A stretch of 64,000 bases of DNA from Pseudomonadota bacterium (GCA_039111155.1 JBCCPL010000009.1:1-64000), one strand, 5' to 3'. Numbered from the stretch's first letter, positions 20,593 to 29,459 are shown. Numbers and translations are program-made. The notes: generated by a model from the letters alone, not told the origin.

Positions 20593-21282
20593 TTAGCCAC
20601 CACGAAACTCATCTTCCGAGATAACCCGATACACGCCTTCATCTTTGCGATGTTCAAGCAGCACTACCCGATCACCGCGGGTATAGGTCGCGTCACCGGT
20701 AGCACGAACCTTCAGGATCAGGCCTGCGCCGCCGTCTTCGAGTAGAGCTTCGCCAAATTCTGCATTGACAACAGACGTGCGTACGACCGCCGACTGTCCG
20801 AGTACCTTCTTGACGGTTTGTTGAAGCGCTTTTTTAAACAGCGGACGCATTGGTTTGATCACTTGCGCAGTGATCATCGTTGCCACGTAAAGCGCCAAGC
20901 CAAGGATTGGAATACCCGCACCGAAACGCAGAAAACCTTCCGGCAGGGGCCGAAGAAAAAAGTGGCTGAGATAATAGGAGATCAACCACCCAAACAGCGC
21001 GATACAGGACACGATGATCGTTACGGGGACACCGGTCAGCCCGAAGCGCAAGAGCAGGCCAGCCAAAACATCCGGATTGGATAGCCCCTGATCTGCAGCT
21101 CCAAGCACGCTATCTGTCTCGGGCAGGTCAAAGTCGAGAAACTCGATATCTACGAGCCCAAGAACTGCGATCGCCCAGTAGAGCAGTACCACACCGAGAA
21201 GGACGGTAAAGACAATCGTCGGAAAAGAAGCAATCGTCTGGTAGAACGGGTTCATACCTTCAGTCAGAAAAATCGCGAACAT
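20593..21282 (-). CDS. YqiJ/NfeD-like inner-membrane protein (flotillin operon partner)
   Basis: Polytopic membrane N-half and soluble beta-rich C-half ('VVRTSVVNAEFGEALLEDGGAGLILKVRATGDATYTRGDRVVLLE'), resembling the NfeD/YqiJ OB-fold tail. Positioned immediately upstream of the flotillin gene, as in yqiJK-type pairs. Confidence 0.6.
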   Translation of the reverse strand: MFAIFLTEGMNPFYQTIASFPTIVFTVLLGVVLLYWAIAVLGLVDIEFLDFDLPETDSVLGAADQGLSNPDVLAGLLLRFGLTGVPVTIIVSCIALFGWLISYYLSHFFLRPLPEGFLRFGAGIPILGLALYVATMITAQVIKPMRPLFKKALQQTVKKVLGQSAVVRTSVVNAEFGEALLEDGGAGLILKVRATGDATYTRGDRVVLLEHRKDEGVYRVISEDEFRGG

Positions 21283-21355
21283 GAAAGCTCCGGGGCAGAT
21301 TCAGGTCTGATGACGCGCAGCAGTGCGGCGCTGAGGTAACAACAGGTCGCTACGC

Positions 21356-22042
21356 CTACTGTTTTGCCCTGAGACGGTCCAGCACCTCATCGGCGCTCGC
21401 GCCTGACGGCGCAATTCCCGCCTGCTCCAATTTGGTCTGTAGAGTTTCACTGGAGCTCTCATCGGCCAGATCGCGGGCCGCGTTCATCCTCGCCGCATTC
21501 AGCGCCTGCTTCTCCTTGATGCGCTCCAACGAATCCATCGCGGTACGCATCTTTGAGTTAGAACCACTATGACGCTCGGCAACAGCGGCTTGTGCGCGCT
21601 GTACGTTTTCTGTGGCTTTGACTGTATCCACCTGCTGCTTGATGCGTTTCAAATTCTGTTCGGTTTGATTGATCGCCGCGCGTAAATCATCGGCCTGCTT
21701 TTTGTAACCCGCAACGGACTCCCGCTCGTGGGTAAGCTGGTTTTCCATATCTGCGATTTTCTCAGCGACATCCCGCGCTAAAGCAGTATCACCCTTGTCG
21801 AGAGCCTGAATGGCATAGCCTTCGTGCTCCTCGATCTTGGCTACCAAACTCTCCGATTTCTCTTCCGCAAGCTTCTGGTGAGCAAGTATTTCTGCCAGTC
21901 CGTCCCGCGATAGCTTTAATTCTTCTGCTGCGTCTCGAACCTCCTGGTCGAGAATTCTCAGGGCCTGAGAATCCACGATCGCCTCTCCCGCTTCATTCAC
22001 ACCACCACGAAGCGCCGTCATCATTTTTGCCCAGATATTCAT
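21356..22042 (-). CDS. PspA/IM30-family protein (bacterial ESCRT-III homologue; YjfJ-like)
   Basis: 228-aa all-helical protein. N-terminus 'MNIWAKMMTALRGGVNEAGEAIVDSQALRILDQEVRDAAEELKLSRDGLAEILAHQKLAEEK' matches the PspA/IM30 helix-0/helix-1 layout. No pspBC or pspF nearby. Confidence 0.8.
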   Translation of the reverse strand: MNIWAKMMTALRGGVNEAGEAIVDSQALRILDQEVRDAAEELKLSRDGLAEILAHQKLAEEKSESLVAKIEEHEGYAIQALDKGDTALARDVAEKIADMENQLTHERESVAGYKKQADDLRAAINQTEQNLKRIKQQVDTVKATENVQRAQAAVAERHSGSNSKMRTAMDSLERIKEKQALNAARMNAARDLADESSSETLQTKLEQAGIAPSGASADEVLDRLRAKQ

Positions 22043-22060
22043 AGCTCTTACTGCCTCCGT

Positions 22061-22690
22061 TTAGACGGCCTCTGCCGTAACGTCGAGAAACTCCATATAG
22101 GCTTGTGTCGCCTGCAATACATTGCTCGCTAGCACTTCAATCTCAAGCACGACATTCTGCAGCTTGGATGCGGCACTCAATGCACCGAACATTTGGTAGA
22201 CCTCATCATCATCGCTGATTCTGTCGAGACTGATCGTTGAAAGGGGAAAGTACTTGTGTGTTCGAAGCACAGCATCGTTGAACGCTGCGACATCTACCAC
22301 GTCACTGGCTGGCCAGAGCACCGACTCAGCAATGATCTGCTCCCCCGAGACGGTGAGAAAAATCGGTAGATCCCCGTATTCGGTCATGACGATATGCAGT
22401 GATGCATCCACACCATCAATGAGTTCGATTCTCGCGCGCCCGGTAGTTGTCATCTCGTGATCGCTGAGCGCCTCATATAGGCTTTTTGTACTCCAAAAAT
22501 CCACCTTCTCACTCATGCTTACACCTCCTTCCGGTTTGAGCTGATCACGGTCCTCACGCAAAAGCTTCTCTATCCGCAACAATTCCCTCGAGGTCTCGGG
22601 GCGAATCCAGACTTCTTTTTTCACTAAGCCTTTTTGGCGTAACCGCTTGCGGTATTCGCGTTGATAATGCGCTGAAGATTTGATCACCAT
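22061..22690 (-). CDS. fusion of an N-terminal ribbon-helix-helix-like DNA-binding module with a DUF2170 (YjfI-like) domain
   Basis: From Met at 22690: 'MVIKSSAHYQREYRKRLRQKGLVKKEVWIRPETSRELLRIEKLLRE' (basic beta-strand then helix, RHH/CopG-like), followed by ~150 aa resembling the YjfI/DUF2170 partner of YjfJ-type PspA. The longest ORF extends to 22801, but that extension overlaps the palindromic promoter region. Confidence 0.5.
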   Translation of the reverse strand: MVIKSSAHYQREYRKRLRQKGLVKKEVWIRPETSRELLRIEKLLREDRDQLKPEGGVSMSEKVDFWSTKSLYEALSDHEMTTTGRARIELIDGVDASLHIVMTEYGDLPIFLTVSGEQIIAESVLWPASDVVDVAAFNDAVLRTHKYFPLSTISLDRISDDDEVYQMFGALSAASKLQNVVLEIEVLASNVLQATQAYMEFLDVTAEAV

Positions 22691-22707
22691 GGATGCAGCG
22701 TAGCATG

Positions 22708-22740
22708 TTACATGTAAGATTAAAATGATATTACATGTAA
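22708..22740 (-). promoter_or_regulatory. pair of perfect TTACATGTAA palindromes (putative operator) overlapping the operon promoter
   Basis: TTACATGTAA at 22708-22717 and 22731-22740 (centres 23 bp apart, AT-rich spacer), 18-50 nt upstream of the ATG at 22690. Further ACATGT-core half-sites at 23015-23023 and 23050-23055. Confidence 0.45.
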
Positions 22741-23426
22741 TAGTTTGAAAGGATAATTGAACAAGCCTGAGTGGCGTTACACCCGACGCGCATGGACGCA
22801 TGGATTTGTGGCTTCCATAAGCGCCTGATTGCCGGAGTTCAGGTCATTCCTTGAGCCTTACTCTGAGTCTTCGGAGCGTTAAGCCGGGAATTGCCTTTGA
22901 TCCCAGATCTTAAGAAACCCACATCGATGGATTGGCATTGAAGACCCGCGCCCTGCGCTCGGTATGGTATCGGTTCGCACAGAAAATCACCGAGATACAA
23001 AGATTTCTCTCTATTACATGTTCCCGGCGAGACGCGGGTAGACGCCTGCACATGTAGCTGCTTCTACTGAGTTCGCTAAGCGAACCTTGATAAACAACGC
23101 TTCACCGACTCAGTGGTAATCGGGCAAGCGAGTGAGTAGACAGTTAACGCTTCGACGAAAACCGCTGGTTTGCGGTTCGTCGAGAGGCGAATCGGACGTA
23201 GCGATAGCCGCAGGTCAAAGAAAGTCTGATCATGATCACCCGAAGCATTCCAAACAGGGCCGCATCGAGCGGCATAGAGACAGGCTGCGAGGGACTAAAT
23301 CCCGCCCTATGAAGACCACAGATTTTTGACGGTTGAGTGAAAAAGCACTCTTTAGAGTTATAGAAAGCAATTCATCAGGGCAGCGATTGCAAACTGAAAC
23401 AATTAAGTCGAGACGAGATCGGCGCA

Positions 23427-23816
23427 CTAACCCAACGCGACGGAGGCAACCAGGGCAATCAGGCCGACTAGAAAAGCCGCGTGCTCAATGAAAGCTAGCG
23501 TGTCGAACCGGATCCAATCCTGCCACTTGTTTTCGTAGATGCTCTCAGTCAGTTCTATGGTCTTTCCATCCTTGGCGACATTCTGTATTGCGGCTGGGAT
23601 GGCCCCGACCAGTAACGTCGCGGCAATTACTGATATCAGTAACGCCACTACAGCAGTGATCAACAAGCGTCCCGGCCATGTCTCAATGCTAAAGACAGCG
23701 CTTTTGGCTATCGTGATACCGACAGCCGACAACGTTTGAATCGAAATCGCCCATTTGCTCCAGTCGGCTAGACTGTTTAGCGCTTCGATTCTTCGTTTCT
23801 CTATATCGTCTGCCAT
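23427..23816 (-). CDS. hypothetical small membrane protein (129 aa)
   Basis: Three to four predicted TM helices; no motif recognised. Confidence 0.4.
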   Translation of the reverse strand: MADDIEKRRIEALNSLADWSKWAISIQTLSAVGITIAKSAVFSIETWPGRLLITAVVALLISVIAATLLVGAIPAAIQNVAKDGKTIELTESIYENKWQDWIRFDTLAFIEHAAFLVGLIALVASVALG

Positions 23817-24058
23817 TCAGCTGCCGCTCACGTCAATTGGTACCCTTGGATACACGCACTGCGATAAGACGTGATTAAACACGCCGCAGTTAGGCGTTGT
23901 CGCTACCACAGATGCTCCATGCCCTTGCTCTATTGGTTGTACGCTCGGTGGCTCGTGACTGGGTGGCAATGCTTCGAAAATTTTTTACACCCGCTGCATC
24001 CATCTGCACTAATCCCACGTCTCCATAAACGACGCAATCAAAAACATGAGGAGGCTAG

Positions 24059-24440
24059 TGTGGGCGATCTCGGGATGTTCGGATTCTGGATGTTCATTGC
24101 GGCTGCGGTTCTTGGCGGTATCTGGAGCGATGTAAAGTCGAAAGAGTCCAAGCAGGAAACCCTGCGCCGGCTTGTTGAGAGCGGCCAGGAGATTAATGCG
24201 CAGACTTTAGATGCGTTGTTGAACGGTGCTGACTCGCGTGACAACGAGCGTGAGTATCGCATTGGTTCCTACGTGCTTGGCGGGGTGGCGCTAGGTCTGT
24301 TCGTGTTCAGCCTATTTCTGGGCATTGTGTCGTCAGATGCTCGTTGGGTGCTGATGGGCGTGTCCTTTCTTGTAGCTTGTATCGCCGGTGGGCTTCGAGT
24401 GGCCTCTCACTACGTTGCGCGTGACCAACAGAGCTTCTAA
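24059..24440 (+). CDS. small membrane protein, first gene of the ECF sigma operon
   Basis: AGGAGG 5 nt upstream of GTG at 24059. Two TM helices flanking a charged loop; ends 9 nt before the sigma factor gene. Confidence 0.45.
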
Positions 24441-24449
24441 CCAGCGCAG

Positions 24450-25001
24450 ATGCGTGATGTTCAAAAGCACTATGAGGACGGTCCCGAAGCGTTGATCGTC
24501 AGCCTGGCGACGCGCGGTGATCGCGCGGCATTCAGTGAACTGGTACGCCGCCGCCAGGTATGGATACGCGGACTGTTTCGTCGCTTCTGCAATGAACCGA
24601 CACTTGCGGACGACTTGTCCCAGCGGGTTTTCCTAAAAATGTGGAAGCAAATCCGCTCCCTAAAGCATCCCGAACGATTCGCAGGCTGGTTAAAACGAAT
24701 CGCGATTAACGAATGGATAGACCATCAACGAAAATATGGATCAGATTGGGATGAAAGCTTTGACGAAGACGCGCAATCGACGACCATGCCCTCCCCGTCC
24801 ACGGCGATCGACCTGAACTTTGCGTTGTCCGAACTACCACCGCAGGTTCGGACCTGCATGGTTCTGGCCTACCATGAGTGCATGACTCATCCAGAGATTG
24901 TAGAGGCGACAGGCTTGCCTGCGGGCACCGTTAAATCTCACATACGTCGGGGTAGTGCTCGCTTGCGCGAACGGTTGAAAGACTACGAGGTAACTTCATG
25001 A
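24450..25001 (+). CDS. ECF (sigma-70 family group IV) RNA polymerase sigma factor
   Basis: Region 2 ('FSELVRRRQVWIRGLFRRF', 'WLKRIAINEWIDHQRK') and region 4 HTH ('LAYHECMTHPEIVEATGLPAGTVKSHIRRGSARLRERL'). Confidence 0.85.
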   Translation: MRDVQKHYEDGPEALIVSLATRGDRAAFSELVRRRQVWIRGLFRRFCNEPTLADDLSQRVFLKMWKQIRSLKHPERFAGWLKRIAINEWIDHQRKYGSDWDESFDEDAQSTTMPSPSTAIDLNFALSELPPQVRTCMVLAYHECMTHPEIVEATGLPAGTVKSHIRRGSARLRERLKDYEVTS

Positions 25002-25345
25002 GGGACGAGCTGGATCCTGACCTGTTATCACTCTTTGAAGAGCAGCAGCCGATACCTGGCAGCACCGACTTCACCGCGTGTGTGATGGCGGGGGTCGACC
25101 GGCGGCGCATCGGTTTTCGTGCGCTTCAGCTGGGGATTGTTATTCTACTGATCGCGCTGGAGCTCGTTTTCGAATCTCCGATCAGTCAGTCAATGGGAGC
25201 CCTCAATTCCGCAATGAAAAGCTCTGTATTAGAACTTGAGGGCGACTGGATCTCATTCATCCTGGAACCGGTGAACTCCGTAGCTGGTGTGTTAGGCATG
25301 GTGCTGTTGGGCGTTCATTTTTTGATGCGACGTTTCCTTCGCTAA
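24998..25345 (+). CDS. putative anti-sigma factor (single-pass membrane protein)
   Basis: ATGA overlap with the sigma gene; one TM helix (LQLGIVILLIALELVF); typical position and size of an ECF anti-sigma. Confidence 0.45.
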   Translation: MRDELDPDLLSLFEEQQPIPGSTDFTACVMAGVDRRRIGFRALQLGIVILLIALELVFESPISQSMGALNSAMKSSVLELEGDWISFILEPVNSVAGVLGMVLLGVHFLMRRFLR

Positions 25346-25471
25346 CGGCTTTCGCACAGCCCTTGGGATGCAGTCCTGCGCAGTTTCGTCGCCTAAACCG
25401 CAAGTCGGTGAGCTGAGAGATGAGTTGCTGCACACTCCACAGAGTGTTTCTCGCAGTTCAAGCCGGCAAAT

Positions 25472-26818
25472 TCAGTTCAGCAGTTGTTCAGTTCGCGCGT
25501 ATTCCAGCGTTGCATCGACGGCAACTGTCAGCTTGCTGACCAATTCTTCGATCTGGTCTTTTGTGATGATCAGCGGCGGGCATATGGCTACGCTGTTTCC
25601 ACCTAGGGCGCGCAGGATCAGCCCCTGCTCCTCGCATTGCTTCTGACAATAAGCGCCAATACCGTTGCCCTGAAATGGCTGCCGCGTCTCCTTATTCGCG
25701 ACCAGTTCAACCGCCGCGATTAGGCCCATGCCACGAACTTCTCCCACGAGGGGATGCTCGTTCAGGGACGAAAGCCTTTCCTGAAGGACCGAACCTACCT
25801 GCTTGGCGTGCTCGAACAGTCGGTCACGCTGATAAATCTCCAGCACTTTCGATGCAACCGCACAGGCCACCGGGTGGCCTGAATAGGTGTAACCGTGGCC
25901 GAAGACCCCTACATTCCCGACGGGTTCAACGAGCGCTTCATACATCTCGCCGGGGATGATGGCAGCGCTCAACGGTACGTAGGCCGACGACAGCGCCTTG
26001 GCCAGCGTCATGATTTTCGGCTGGATCCCCAAGGCGGTGGCACCAAAGTCTTCTCCGAGCCGGCCAAACCCACAGATAACTTCATCGCTCCAGAGCATAA
26101 TTCTATATTTATCAAGGAGCTGAGAAAGCTTATTAAAGTAGTTTTCAGGAGGTATGATGACACCGCCAGCACCGTTAACGGGCTCGGCAATAAAAGCGGC
26201 GATCGTTTCAGGGCCCTCTTTGAGGATCAGTGATTCAAGTTCACTCATCCGGCGGTCTACGAAACCGTCCTCCGACTCACCCGGCAAAGCCTCTCGGTAG
26301 AAATGCGGAGACCCGGTGCGAAGAATTCCCAGCGCATCAAATGGGAGCTGAAAATGCGTATGGTTGGCAGGCAGGCCAGTCAACGCGGCCGTTGCGAGGG
26401 TGACACCGTGATAACCCTTATCGCGGGCAATCACCTTGTAGCGCTCGGGCTGACCGGTGGCGGCGGCGTGATAACGCAGCAGTTTAAGGATCGAATCGTT
26501 TGCATCGGAGCCTGAGTTGCCAAAGAACACACGCGCATCGGGGATGGGAACCATGTCAGCGAGGGTATCCGCCAACTCCATCGCCGCAGGATGCGTCTTG
26601 CCGCCGAACATATGACTGTAGGTCAACGTTCGCATCTGCTCTTCGGCAGTGGCGATGACTTCCTCATTGCCGTAGCCAAGCGCGGTACACCAAAGACCCG
26701 CCATGCCTTCAAGGTAGCGCTTACCCTCCGCATCCTGGACGTAAACGCCCTCCCCCTGGGCGACGATGAGCTGCTCCGTCGCCTTAAAATTCGTGGTCGG
26801 ATAAACCATTGTGTTCAT
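25472..26818 (-). CDS. class III (omega-) aminotransferase, PLP-dependent
   Basis: 448 aa; 'GHGYTYSGHPVACAVA' and 'DEVICGFGRLG' motifs of the aspartate aminotransferase superfamily class III (omega-amino acid:pyruvate / GABA-AT like). Confidence 0.85.
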   Translation of the reverse strand: MNTMVYPTTNFKATEQLIVAQGEGVYVQDAEGKRYLEGMAGLWCTALGYGNEEVIATAEEQMRTLTYSHMFGGKTHPAAMELADTLADMVPIPDARVFFGNSGSDANDSILKLLRYHAAATGQPERYKVIARDKGYHGVTLATAALTGLPANHTHFQLPFDALGILRTGSPHFYREALPGESEDGFVDRRMSELESLILKEGPETIAAFIAEPVNGAGGVIIPPENYFNKLSQLLDKYRIMLWSDEVICGFGRLGEDFGATALGIQPKIMTLAKALSSAYVPLSAAIIPGEMYEALVEPVGNVGVFGHGYTYSGHPVACAVASKVLEIYQRDRLFEHAKQVGSVLQERLSSLNEHPLVGEVRGMGLIAAVELVANKETRQPFQGNGIGAYCQKQCEEQGLILRALGGNSVAICPPLIITKDQIEELVSKLTVAVDATLEYARTEQLLN

Positions 26819-26973
26819 GCGTCTAGTCCCCTGCTAAACCTTGAGTGTCGGTGTTGTTGCGCCGCCATTCTCTCTTATTCGATCAGTAGTATCAGCTTAG
26901 TTTCGGCGAACCTCGAACAGCTCGTCCAAAGCTCTCGGGTAGAGCCATTAAACACCGGATTTCTTACCCAGCG

Positions 26974-28020
26974 TTAAAAATCCAGATAGTGCAATGAGAA
27001 GCGGAAGTTGATGTCGGGAGAAGCTCCAACGGCCAGATCCTCAGCAAAGCCTGCTTCGATCTGCCAGCTATTGCTGGCCCTCCAGCGTAGAGCAAGCGTG
27101 CCCCAAACCGGTGGTCCGTTTCGGATAAGCAAAGAATCCTTATAAACATCTTCGTGATAGTCCAGCTGCGCGACGAGCGCGATACTCTGACGGGCTTGCC
27201 AGGCCAGTCCAAACGACGCAAAGGGGATGAGCTGATCGGTAGACTGATCAGGGAGTTCACCCCATAGCCAGGTCGCCCCCACTTGTCCGTAACAACGAAG
27301 CGTTCTCAGGAGACAGTCGTCGATGTGCAGTCGCAACCCAAGTGACGTTGCATTCTCTCCCGAGCCCAGGAAGTCCTTCTCATCGCCCAACGCAAATTTG
27401 TGGTTGAGCAACCACGCCGCTTTCCATGAACCTGTTCCTGCGAACGCGCCTGCTAGTTCGACCTCCGGATCCCCGAGACCGGATACCGATCTCTCGAGCG
27501 GCTCTATGCCCGGACTGGCGACGTCAAATAGCAGCCGATCCTGGGGTTGGGAGTCCCGGGCTCCGTCCGGCAATCCAAAGAATGCGTGCCAGCCATCAAT
27601 CAGTGAGTCCAGCTGCCCTCCTGAGTGACGTACGAACGGCAGATTCATAGTCAAAGTGAGCTGATCAGACACTCCGAATCGAAGAGAAAGATCACTCCGC
27701 AGAGTCTCCCCATCAAGTTCGTATAGACGCTCCCTCGCACTTTCGCGCACTGAATGGGAAGCGACGTTTGCGTCCCATTCCACCCGCCAGCGACCGCTAG
27801 ACACCGGACTGGCGCTTCGCAGCACGGGAATCCCGATACTCTGGTAAATCGGAGATAGGTTCCTGCTGCTGATTGGGTCCATAAGAGCCAGATCTGCAGC
27901 ATGGAGTCTCAGAGCGGGATACAGAGAAAGTGCTAACGCAATGGCGCAGCGCCAGCGCTTGAAGCCTGAGCGCCAATAGTTCTCACGTCGATCAAGTGAT
28001 TCGGTTATGGTGTTGCGCAT
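26974..28020 (-). CDS. predicted outer-membrane beta-barrel protein (DUF3187-like)
   Basis: Signal peptide, alternating amphipathic beta-strand pattern, C-terminal '...FRFSLHYLDF' ending in aromatic Phe (OMP sorting signal). Confidence 0.45.
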   Translation of the reverse strand: MRNTITESLDRRENYWRSGFKRWRCAIALALSLYPALRLHAADLALMDPISSRNLSPIYQSIGIPVLRSASPVSSGRWRVEWDANVASHSVRESARERLYELDGETLRSDLSLRFGVSDQLTLTMNLPFVRHSGGQLDSLIDGWHAFFGLPDGARDSQPQDRLLFDVASPGIEPLERSVSGLGDPEVELAGAFAGTGSWKAAWLLNHKFALGDEKDFLGSGENATSLGLRLHIDDCLLRTLRCYGQVGATWLWGELPDQSTDQLIPFASFGLAWQARQSIALVAQLDYHEDVYKDSLLIRNGPPVWGTLALRWRASNSWQIEAGFAEDLAVGASPDINFRFSLHYLDF

Positions 28021-28888
28021 GAATGTTCAGATGCCGAGGCCCGCCGTTGAGACTAGCACGCCAGCGAGACAGTGGATCGCGCACCTGGACTTGCGGTTCG
28101 CGAGTAATGGCCATCGAACCGAGCTTCGGCATTGTGCCCATAAAGGACCGCTGCGAGTACAGCGACTTTTCCATCCTGATGGCAATAAGACTGCTCACTG
28201 CTATTTACTGCACCCTCCTGGTGGTGTGGTACTAGGCGATGAGCTTTCGATTAACGCGGATGTAAAAAGCGGGAACGCGTTGCTCACCAGCACGTCCGCC
28301 GCTCGCTTCTACGGCACAGGCTCCTTCGAGCAGCCTCAACGACAGACGATCAGGCTCTCGGTTGATCAGGGAACGCTGCAATGGCTCCCGCAGGAGACGA
28401 TACTGTTTCCCGGAGCCAACGCTGAGCTCACGACCAATGTCGAGTTTGGTGACTCCGCCGCCCTGTACTTTTGGGACATAGTCGTTCTTGGCTTACCCGC
28501 CTGCGGTGAGCGCTTTGACTGTGGGCGCCTGTGGCAAACTCTCTCTTGCCTCCGATCCGGACGGCCGGTGCTGAAAGAACGGCTTTCTATAAACGCTGGC
28601 GACTCAACGACGCAACATGAGATCGGTCTGGGCGGACGCAGTACGCTTGGAACACTGGTCACCACCCATCGGCTGGAGAGAGCCGAGCGAGAGCGCTGGC
28701 TCAGCCGAGTGGCAGCGCTCGATCCGGCAGGAGAGTTTTCGATTACCGAGAAGTCCGGACTGCTGATCGCACGCTACCGTGGTGATGATGCGCAGCGCTG
28801 TCGCGCGGGGTTTGCCGATCTGTGGAGAACAACCACTAAGATAAGCGCCGGACTTCAAGTATCAGAGCCCAGAATCTGGCACACATGA
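28007..28888 (+). CDS. ureD: urease accessory protein UreD (UreH)
   Basis: 'LRVQRLFHPDGNKTAHCYLLHPPGGVVLGDEL' UreD signature; first gene of the ure cluster. Start uncertain (28007/28019/28031). Confidence 0.85.
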   Translation: MVLRMNVQMPRPAVETSTPARQWIAHLDLRFASNGHRTELRHCAHKGPLRVQRLFHPDGNKTAHCYLLHPPGGVVLGDELSINADVKSGNALLTSTSAARFYGTGSFEQPQRQTIRLSVDQGTLQWLPQETILFPGANAELTTNVEFGDSAALYFWDIVVLGLPACGERFDCGRLWQTLSCLRSGRPVLKERLSINAGDSTTQHEIGLGGRSTLGTLVTTHRLERAERERWLSRVAALDPAGEFSITEKSGLLIARYRGDDAQRCRAGFADLWRTTTKISAGLQVSEPRIWHT

Positions 28889-29147
28889 TGCTTGCGATGA
28901 GCAGCCCGCCGTGACTATGCTTTTGCCTTGACCCAGGCGCTGGTCCTTGGCTGTTGGATCGCCGACGGTGGCCTGCGCACAAGTCGCTGCAGTGATCAGG
29001 TCGATTTCAGAGCTGCTTGTGTAAGGCGTTTGCCTAAGATACAGCCCACGACCAGCACCAGAGTGCAAAGTAAGCCGCTAGCGAGTGCGAGACTGAACAA
29101 CGAGGTCCATTTATGGACTCGCATCAAACCGAATTAGAAGGCTAAGC

Positions 29148-29459
29148 ATGGAGCTAACGCCCAGAGAGAAAGACAAGCTGTTGCTATTCACCGCGGCGTT
29201 GTTAGCGGAGCGGCGACTGGCACGCGGGCTGAAGCTCAACTACCCCGAAGCTCAGGCGATGATCAGTGCGGCCATTCTCGAGGGCGCGCGCGACGGAAAA
29301 ACCGTGGCCGAGCTCATGAGCGAGGGCCGCACCGTATTAGCGCGTGACCAGGTCATGGACGGCGTTGCCGACATGATCAAAGAGGTGCAGGTTGAAGCAA
29401 CGTTTCCGGATGGCACCAAACTCGTGACCGTCCACGATCCGATCGGAAGTCGCGAATGA
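29148..29459 (+). CDS. ureA: urease gamma subunit
   Basis: '[35 protein letters not shown]...' near-canonical UreA, 103 aa. Confidence 0.95.
   Translation: MELTPREKDKLLLFTAALLAERRLARGLKLNYPEAQAMISAAILEGARDGKTVAELMSEGRTVLARDQVMDGVADMIKEVQVEATFPDGTKLVTVHDPIGSRE

Noticed and set aside
22691-22801. Upstream in-frame extension of the DUF2170 ORF to Met at 22801
   Set aside because: The extension ('MRPCASGVTPLRLVQLSFQTITCNIILILHVTCYAAS') is poor in coding character. It is encoded by the AT-rich palindrome and promoter region itself (TTACATGTAA sites lie within it). Met-22690 is the more plausible start.
22802-23426. Search for a sigma-54 (TGGCAC-N5-TTGCA) promoter upstream of the PspA-like operon, as in classical pspA
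   Set aside because: No match to the -24/-12 consensus was found on the minus strand in the leader. The operon more likely uses a sigma-70 or ECF-type promoter with the palindromic operator.
27323-27650. + strand ORFs within the predicted OMP gene (26974-28020)
   Set aside because: Pro/Ser-rich antisense-type frames. The minus-strand ORF has a signal peptide and a C-terminal Phe OMP signature.
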